Assembly: GCA_964016885.1 (NCBI GenBank)
Contig: OZ024748.1
Coordinates: 52,700,001-52,764,000 of the forward strand
DNA: 64,000 bases
Reading direction: 5' to 3'
DNA from: Eledone cirrhosa
Lineage: Eukaryota
Positions 55,789-64,000 of this stretch are shown in pieces (positions within the stretch are counted from its first letter, which is position 1; the number at the start of each line of letters is the position of its first letter). A program made the position numbers and the translations under genes. The notes under the pieces were generated by a model. It was not told the DNA's origin, searched no databases, and saw only the letters and a program-made list of their open reading frames with translations.

Positions 55789-56934
55789 CATACTATGGTA
55801 ATATAAAACCTTCTAATCTATGTACAGTAGAAACATTGAAATAATATTTGAAAAAAAAAAAAATTCCTTTTCGTTAATAAAATCTTGGAATGTCAACTCA
55901 GAATATATAATCATATAACTACTTCACCCTTTCAATATCCTAAATAGATAACTTTTGTATTAGAAATATATCAATTCCACTCCACTGGATTTGATTTAAT
56001 TCATACCTACAACACCCCTAAAAAATTAATACCATGTACACCCCATACATACTAATATATGTTTAGATGTATTCACATCATTGTATTTACATATAAATGA
56101 TGACTTATCTTGCTTAAAATAGTTCAGAATAACATGGTTGACTGCACTTGAGTGATAGAGAAACTAGCATGAACATTGTAAAAAATGTAAGTGATTGTAT
56201 GAATGTAATCACAAGTTTGATGCCACAAAAGATACATATATTAGCCTATATTCTCCCACCCCCTCAAACAAGACACCCATTCAGTGTTTTATATCTCCAT
56301 CCCCTAACATTTACACATCACATTCATCATGCAACTCTTATATTAATGCTAATGCCATCAATATTTAAATATTTTCATACAATATTCAATATTCTTAATA
56401 CTATTATAATGGTGTTTTTCGTATCATTTATGTCACCATACAGATAAAGAAAATATTCCGTAAATGTTGAAAATTTAGAAATCTGAACAAACAAATCATT
56501 GACTAGAACACAACTGACAATGATTAACTGACAAGATTCAATATATATCAGCTCTTTCTTTATTTCATTTTTTATTCTTTATTAGATGTATAATCTCTCA
56601 CAGTTCATTAACTCTTAATGTCCTGTACTGCATGAAACTGCATTAGCAAGGGTTTCTTTAAAACTACTATGACTGCATCACATTAATCCTGTAAATTTTC
56701 ACAATAATCTTTTCTACTAGTAAAGATATAAACAAATGTATTAACAAACTTGTTTGAAGATATTATCTGCTAAATCATTATATGATGTTTCAAGTTATTA
56801 AGCACTCCATCAAATTTTATAAACTAACAGTTTCTCCATTGTTCTTTTCAACACAGAAACGGACAAGAACAAACCTTCCTTGATGTTTAAAAAACTCCCA
56901 GTCCTGGTGAGAAACATCTGTTTATAAGTAACAT

Positions 56935-57068
56935 TCCTACTTATTAGAACTTTAGTTTTCCCCAAGTTTATTGTAAGTCATTTTGATTCTAATTTTTGTT
57001 TCCAAAGCCCAAATTTCCTCTTTTGTTCTTCCACAAATGTTGCTATTAAAACCAGGTTGGTGGCATAC
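56935..57068 (-). mobile_element. Decayed LINE RT fragment (YADD region)
   Basis: YATNLVLIATFVEEQKRKFGLWKQKLESK*LTINLGKTKVL, a decayed YADDLVL...GLxxNxxKTKV motif. Confidence 0.75.
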
Positions 57069-57334
57069 CAAAGTTCCCATGAGCAGCCTGTCTTCAACTC
57101 CTCATGGCCGAACTATGATAAACAGGAGTGGGCTGAGGACAGAGTGCTGATGAACAGTAAAGTGGTTGTCATTAACAAGGACATACAGCTGTAGCAACCA
57201 TACCAAATATGGAATGTATGAGTTTGCTCAGATTTGTCTGGTTTCAAACCATAACAACTTGTCAAACCCATGCCAGCATGGAAGGCAGATGGATGATGAT
57301 GATGATAATGATGATGATGAAGATGAAGATAATG

Positions 57335-57515
57335 ATAATTGTTTCTACTTTTGGCACAAGGCCAGCAATTACCTAGTGTATTACTGGTACTTTATTTTAT
57401 CGACCCCATAAGGATGAAAGGCAAAGTTAACCTCGGCGGGATTTGAACTCAGATCATAAAGGGACGTAACTCTATGCTTCGAAGCATGGTGTCCGACCCT
57501 CTACCAATACTGCCA
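57335..57515 (-). mobile_element. SINE family A inserted in a (GAT)n tail
   Basis: Family match; aatgataat on both flanks. Confidence 0.9.
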
Positions 57516-57759
57516 AAATGATAATGATGATGATGTGAAGGAATTTCAATATAATTGTTTATTTAAGGAATTATCTGGTAAAAATTTGTTAAAAAAAAAA
57601 GCAAAACCAAAAATCAACAATGTTAATGTTAAAAATAACACACATCAAATTTATATCAAACTTATATATGTATATGTGTGTGCAAAAAGCAAAAAAGGTT
57701 GTGTGTGTACATACATACTTATATGTATACACACACACACACACACATATATATATAAA

Positions 57760-57937
57760 TGAGGTTGGTGTTAGGAAGGGCATCCAGCTGTAGAAATCAA
57801 GCCAGAATCAGTTCCCATATGTGCAAGACAAGGTCAGCTGACCAGACACTGCCCACAACAGGAAAACCCGTCTAACCCATGCTAGCGTGGAAGAATGGAC
57901 GTAAAACGGTGATGATGATGATGATGATGATGATGAT
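57760..57937 (+). mobile_element. Retroposon family D (RTE-type (GAT)n tail)
   Basis: ggttggtgttaggaagggcatccagctgtag...aacccatgctagcgtgg...gatgatgat; related ends at about 14775, 23785, 51310, 57260 and 58870. Confidence 0.75.
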
Positions 57938-57982
57938 ATATATAAGAGATGTCAACATGAATGGAGCTATTATTTTTATCTA

Positions 57983-58163
57983 AAGACATTTTTTCCAATT
58001 CCATCCCTCCCGTCCCCCTCAATCTATTTTATTTCTCATTCTTTCTTCTGAAGAAGGACTAGCGTCTGAAACGTTAAGACCCTCTTCCTGCTATATCAAG
58101 CGTTAACCTAATATATACCTTCCATATACTGTACCGATTGTGTTGTTATTTCTGTTTACCTTT

Positions 58164-58170
<7 letters not shown>
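57983..58170 (+). mobile_element. Penelope-like pLTR fragment with minimal hammerhead
   Basis: Reverse-complement homolog of 15230-15410; runs into (TA)n. Confidence 0.7.
58044..58079 (+). ncRNA. Minimal type I hammerhead ribozyme
   Basis: UCUU-CUGAAGA-A-GGAC-UAGC-GUCU-GAAAC-GUU-AAGA. Confidence 0.62.
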
Positions 58171-58242
<72 letters not shown>

Positions 58243-58721
58243 AAAAAGCCAGAAAATAAGCAAATGAAGAAAAGAAAATATCAAGCAAAAGACATTTATT
58301 TTTTAGTTGTTTCGAAATTGTTTTTGTAATTTTTGTTATTTTGTTATCCACAAGAGGTATGGTTTTAAACATGGAACATTTGTATTTATCATAGCTGTTG
58401 GTGGTGAACATAGTTATCTCTATCTCTTGCTCTCTCTATCTTTCTCTATCTCTCTCTCTCTCTGTCTCACTCTCTCTCACTTTCCTACTCCACTAATCTC
58501 TTACTCTCTCTCTCTATTTCTCCCTCTTTCTTGCTCTCTCTCTCTCTCTATTTATTCCTCTTTCTTGCTCTCTCTCTCTCACACACTCTCTCTCTCTCTC
58601 TTATATACACATACTATCTATCTATCTCCTGCTCTCTCTCTCACTCTCTTTCTCTTTACATTTAGTCCTCCTCTCACTTATATTTATCATAGCTGTTATT
58701 GATTAAAACAAAACAAAACTC

Positions 58722-58790
<69 letters not shown>

Positions 58791-58947
58791 CTATCTTCTT
58801 CTTGCGAGATACAGACCCCTCAGTCTGTCTAGGAGGTCTGTAGCCCCATTTCAGTCTGTGTAGACCCATCTAACCCTTGCTATCAGCAAAAGCAGATTTT
58901 AAAATGAAGACGACGATGATGATGATAATGTGTGTGTGTGTGTTTGT

Positions 58948-59440
58948 GTGAAGGGCATGGCTTAGTGGTTAGAGCATTGTATTTACAATTGTAAAGTTGT
59001 GAGTTCAATTCCCAGACTAGGCGATGTATTGTATCCTTTAGCAAGACACTTTATTTCATGTTGCTCCAGTTTAATCAGCTGTAGAAATGAGTTGCACCAT
59101 CAATGGTGCCAAGCTGTATTGGCCCTTGTCTGTCCCTTGAACAACATCATATATTGTGTATACAGGGTGTATATTACAGTGTGTATATCATGTATATATA
59201 CAGTGTGTACTTTAGTTGTGATATCAAAGATGCCAAGTTGTATTGGCCCTTGTCTTTCCCTTGAACAACATCATATATTGTGTATATATGGTGTATATTA
59301 CAGTGTGTATATCATGTATATATACAGTGTGTACTTTAGTTGTGATATCAAAGGTGCCAAGTTGTATTGGCCCTTGTCTTTCCCTTGAACAACATCATAT
59401 ATTGTGTATATATGGTGTATATTACAGTGTGTATATCACT
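58948..59440 (+). mobile_element. CORE-type SINE followed by a 124-bp tandem amplification of its junction
   Basis: SINE head at 58948; gccaag recurs at about 59108, 59232 and 59356. Confidence 0.82.
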
Positions 59441-59814
59441 TTCTTTCTCTCTCCCTCTCTCTATTATTCTTTGGAAGAAATCTGCTGTATTCAGACCTGG
59501 AGAGGAGTTGGGTGCCGCCAAGTTTTTAAAAAAAGCCCAACAAACCCTGTATGTCAATATGGTACTCCTACAATTCTCTCAGGAGTTACGGGGTCATACA
59601 TACATAGTTTTGATGAAACATGGCCAAATGGTTACGATGTTTGCATTGCAAGCATTACATCCCAGGTTCAATCCCACTGAGAGACGTCTTAAGTAAGTAT
59701 CATCTAACATAGCTTCAAGTTGATCCAAGTTTTGTACGGAAAACTGGGTAGACAGACACTGTTTGGAAGCCTGTTAGATGCTCTGTGCCTGTCTTTCAAA
59801 CAACCAGCCTCCTC

Positions 59815-60210
59815 ACACACACACACACACACACACAGACATGCACACACACTCACACTCAGACACACACTCACACTCAGACACATACTCACACACACAC
59901 ACACTCACTCTCAGACACACACTCACACACACACACACTCACACACACACACTCACACACACACACACTCACACTCAGACAGACACACACACTCACACAC
60001 ACACTCACACACACACTCACTCACACTCACACACACACACACACTCACACACACTGACACACACACACTCACACACACTCACACACACACACTCACACAT
60101 ACTCACACACACACACACTCACACTCAGACACACACTCACACACACACACTCACACACACACACACTCACACACACTCTCTCTGACACACATACACACAC
60201 ACACACACTC
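59815..60210. repeat. (CA)n/(CACT) microsatellite
   Basis: Direct reading. Confidence 0.95.
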
Positions 60211-60407
60211 CTTCCTTTCACTCTCTCTCTCTCTTTCTCCCATTGACATTCTTTCTAACATTCCCTTCTGCTCCCCCTCACACTTCCTCATTCACATTCT
60301 CCTTTCTTAATTTCTCCCTCTCTATTTTCAGCCTCACTATTATCTGTCTTTCTCTCTAATTCTTTCACTCTCACTCCCCACCCCTCATTCTTACAATTTC
60401 TCTCTCC

Positions 60408-60462
<55 letters not shown>

Positions 60463-60554
60463 CTTTTTGATGCATTTCTTAGCTTTCTTCTCTCTCTTTC
60501 CCCTTCTCTCTCTCTCTACCCATTCACATCCTAGGGTTCCACACTTGCCAACTG

Positions 60555-60588
<34 letters not shown>

Positions 60589-60661
60589 TATATATATATA
60601 TATATAATGTATATATATACTTCTATACACTTCGCTTCTAATGAGTATCTAATGTATAACA

Positions 60662-60708
<47 letters not shown>

Positions 60709-60724
60709 TGTATATATAAAAATA

Positions 60725-62330
60725 TGTGAGTGTATGTATGTGTGTTTGTACGTGTGTGTTTGTCTATCTATATGTGTGTATGTGTGTGTGTGTGTGTTTG
60801 TATGAATGTGTATGTGTGTTTGTACGTGTGTGTTTGTCTATGTATATGTGTGTATGTGTGTGTGTGTGTTTTTGTATGTATGTGTGTTTGTCTATGTGTA
60901 TGTGTGTATGTGTGTGTGTGTTTGTATGTATGTGTATGTGTGTGTGTATGTATGTGTATGTGTCTTTGTACATGTGTGTTTGTCTATGTATATGTGTGTG
61001 TGTGTGTGTTTGTTTGTATGTATGTGTGTTTGTCTATGTATATGTGTGTATGTGTGTATGTGTGTGTGTGTTTGTATGAATGTGTATGTGTGTTTGTACA
61101 TGTGTGTTTGTCTATGTATATGTGTGTATGTGTGTGTGTGTGTGTGTGTTTGTATGTATGTGTATTTGTCTATGTATATGTGTGTATGTGTTTGTATGTA
61201 TGTATGTGTGTTTGTCTATGTATATGTGTGTATGTGTGTATGTGTGTGTGTCTTTGTATGAATGTGTATGTGTGTTTGTACATGTGTGTTTGTCTATGTA
61301 TATGTCTGTATGTGTGTGTGTGTGTGTGTTTGTATGTATGTGTATTTGTCTATGTATATGTGTGTATGTGTTTGTATGTATGTATGTGTGTTTGTCTATG
61401 TATATGTGTGTATGTGTGTATGTGTGTGTGTCTTTGTATGAATGTGTATGTGTGTTTGTACATGTGTGTTTATCTATGTATATGTGTGTATGTGTGTGTG
61501 TGTGTGTGTGTTTGTATGTATGTGTATTTGTCTATGTATATGTGTGTATGTGTTTGTATGTATGTGTGTTTGTTTATGTATATGTGTGTATGTGTGTGTG
61601 TGTGTGTTTGTATGAATGTGTATGTGTGTTTGTACGTGTGTGTTTGTCTATGTATATGTGTGTATGTGTGTGTGTGTGTGTTTGTATGTATGTGTATTTG
61701 TCTATGTATATGTGTGTATGTGTGTGTGTGTGTTTGTATGTATGTGTATTTGTCTATGTATGTGTGTATGTGTGTGTGTGTTTGTATGTATGTGTGTTTG
61801 TCTATGTATGTGTGTATGTGTGTGTGTGTGTGTTTGTATGTATGTGTATTTGTCTATGTATATGTGTGCGTATGTGTGTGTGTGTTTGTATGTATGTGTG
61901 TTTGTCTATGTATGTGTGTATGTGCGTGTGTGTTTGTATGTATGTGTATTTGTCTATGTATGTGTGTGTTTGTATGTATGTGTATTTGTCTATGTATGTG
62001 TGTGTTTGTATGTATGTGTATTTGTCTATGTATGTGTGTGTTTGTATGTATGTGTATTTGTCTATGTATGTGTGTGTTTGTATGTATGTGTATTTGTCTA
62101 TGTATGTGTGTGTTTGTATGTATGTGTATTTGTCTATGTATGTGTGTGTTTGTATGTAAGTGTATTTGTCTATGTATGTGTATGTGTGTGTGTGTGTGTG
62201 TTTGTATGTATGTGTATTTGTCTATGTATGTGTGTGTTTGTATGTAAGTGTATTTGTCTATGTATGTGTATGTGTGTGTGTGTGTGTGTTTGTATGTATG
62301 TGTATTTGTCTATGTATGTGTGTATGTGTG
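60725..62330. repeat. (TG)-rich compound satellite with tttgtctatg higher-order units
   Basis: Direct reading. Confidence 0.95.
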
Positions 62331-62619
62331 TTCCTTGTGCTAAATATTTAATGATAAGCTAATGGAATGCAAATTTCAGTTATCTAAACTGCAAACCAAG
62401 ACAAATGTTCCACAGATATTTTAGCTGTGAACATAAATAAAATGGTTTTATTTCCTGATTATCGGCTCTTTTGAAAAGAATTAATTTGATTCCGTGGTGT
62501 TTTACCATTTTGAGGGAGATAGGTCTCTGCTTTTAATGTAACCTATTGGTTAGGGGTAGGGTGGGATAGGAGTAAGGGTGGGGGGTGGATGTGATATGGG
62601 TAGGGGTGTGGTTCGGTGG

Positions 62620-63890
62620 GTGATGTGACTGTGGTGGTAGCAGTTGGTGCAGGGGGGTAATGGTGGTTGTGGTGTTGGTGGTGGTGGTGATGTTGGTGGT
62701 GGTCATGGTGGTGGTGGTGGTGGTTGTGGTGGTGGTGGTGGTGGTGGTGGTGGTGGTGGTGGTGGTGGTGGTGGTGGTCGTGGTGGTGGTGGTGGTGGTG
62801 GTGGTGGTGGTGATCATGGTGTTGGTGGTGGTGGTCATGGTGGTGGTGGTGGTGGTGGTCGTCGTGGAGTTGGTCATTGTCATCATAGTCGTCATTGTTG
62901 TTGTTGTTGTTGTTGTACTTGGTGGTAGTAGCAGTGGTGGGTGGCATTGATGGTGATGATTGTGTTGGTGAGGATTGTGGTGGTGGTGGTTGTGGTAGCA
63001 ATGGTGATGATGTTAGTGGTAGTTGTGGTAGCGGTGATGCTGGTGGTTGTGGTAGTGATGATGGTGGTTGTGGTAGTGATGATGGTGGTGGTGGTGGTAG
63101 TGGTGATGGTGATGGTTGTGGTGATGATGGTGGTGGTGGTGGTAGTGATGATGATGATGGTTGTGGTGATGATGGTGGTGGTGGTAGTGGTGATGGTGAT
63201 GGTTGTGGTGATGATGGTGGTGGTGGTGGTAGTGGTGATGGTTGTGGTGATGATGGTGGTGGTGGTGGTAGTGGTGATGGTGATGGTTGTGGTGATGATG
63301 GTGGTGGTGGTGGTAGTGGTGATGGTTGTGGTGATGATGGTGGTGGTGGTGGTAGTGGTGATGGTTGTGGTGATGATGGTGGTGGTGGTGGTAGTGGTGA
63401 TGGTTGTGGTGATGATGGTGGTGGTGGTGGTAGTGGTGATGGTGGTGGTTGTGGTGATGATGGTGGTGGTGGTGGTAGTGGTGATGGTTGTGGTGATGAT
63501 GGTGGTGGTGGTGGTAGTGGTGATGGTGATGGTTGTGGTGATGATGGTGGTGGTGGTGGTAGTGGTGATGGTTGTGGTGATGATGGTGGTGGTGGTGGTA
63601 GTGGTGATGGTGATGGTTGTGGTGATGATGGTGGTGGTGGTGGTAGTGGTGATGGTTGTGGTGATGATGGTGGTGGTGGTGGTAGTGGTGATGGTGATGG
63701 TTGTGGTGATGAAGGTGGTTGGGGTGGTGATGGTTGTAGTGGCGGTGCTGTTGGTGGTGGTAGTGGTGATGGTGATGGTTGTGGGGATGAAGCTGATGTT
63801 GTTGATGATGATGATGATGGTGGTGAGGTTAAGGGTTATGGTAGCGGTGGTAATGATAGTGGTGACGGTGGTAGATGTTGTAGAGAGTAA
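62620..63890. repeat. (GGT/GAT)n tract with 36-42-bp higher-order repeat
   Basis: ggttgtggtgatgatggtggtggtggtggtagtggtgat repeated. Confidence 0.93.
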
Positions 63891-63917
63891 GGGGGAGGGC
63901 AGGTGGTGGAATATAAG

Positions 63918-64000
63918 ATTAATTGTTTCTATTTTAGGCACAAGGCCAGCAATTACCCAGTATATTACTGGTACTTTATTTTATCGACCCTGTAAGGATG
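63918..64000 (-). mobile_element. SINE family A 3' part, cut by the window edge
   Basis: Tail and Meta-like core. Confidence 0.88.

Noticed and set aside
56340-56375. LNIDG as an EnSpm/CMC transposase motif (minus strand)
   Set aside because: Five residues only, in AT-rich DNA, with no downstream WP motif or continuous frame
62892-63941. Gly/Asp-rich or mucin-like Thr-rich ORF
   Set aside because: (GGT/GAT)n satellite with no synonymous-codon variation, no convincing ATG start, open on both strands

Overview
Eukaryotic, AT-rich, repeat-dominated DNA. The SINE repertoire and the (TA)n/(CAT)n density are typical of an octopus (coleoid cephalopod) genome; this is an inference. No intact long CDS, rRNA, tRNA gene or CRISPR array is present, and nearly all supplied ORFs are microsatellite artefacts. 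The window holds about 25 copies of a tRNA-derived Meta-like SINE, several CORE-type SINEs, decayed LINE fragments (RTE, CR1/L2, R4/Dong) and an 809-bp solo LTR. It also holds hAT, piggyBac-type and Tc1/mariner-type MITEs with visible TSDs, and many mini/microsatellites. Most notable: (i) a 108-bp-arm near-perfect palindrome (50867-51088) with a hammerhead-ribozyme fold on each strand, plus a second family of minimal Penelope-type hammerheads (15319-15354, 58044-58079); (ii) a 143-bp satellite that arose inside a mariner-type MITE; (iii) two paralogous repeat copies hit at the same site by different retroelements; (iv) a tentative minus-strand gene made of tiny exons below a CCAAT-box cluster. 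Coordinates were counted by eye; the edges of degenerate repeats are approximate.
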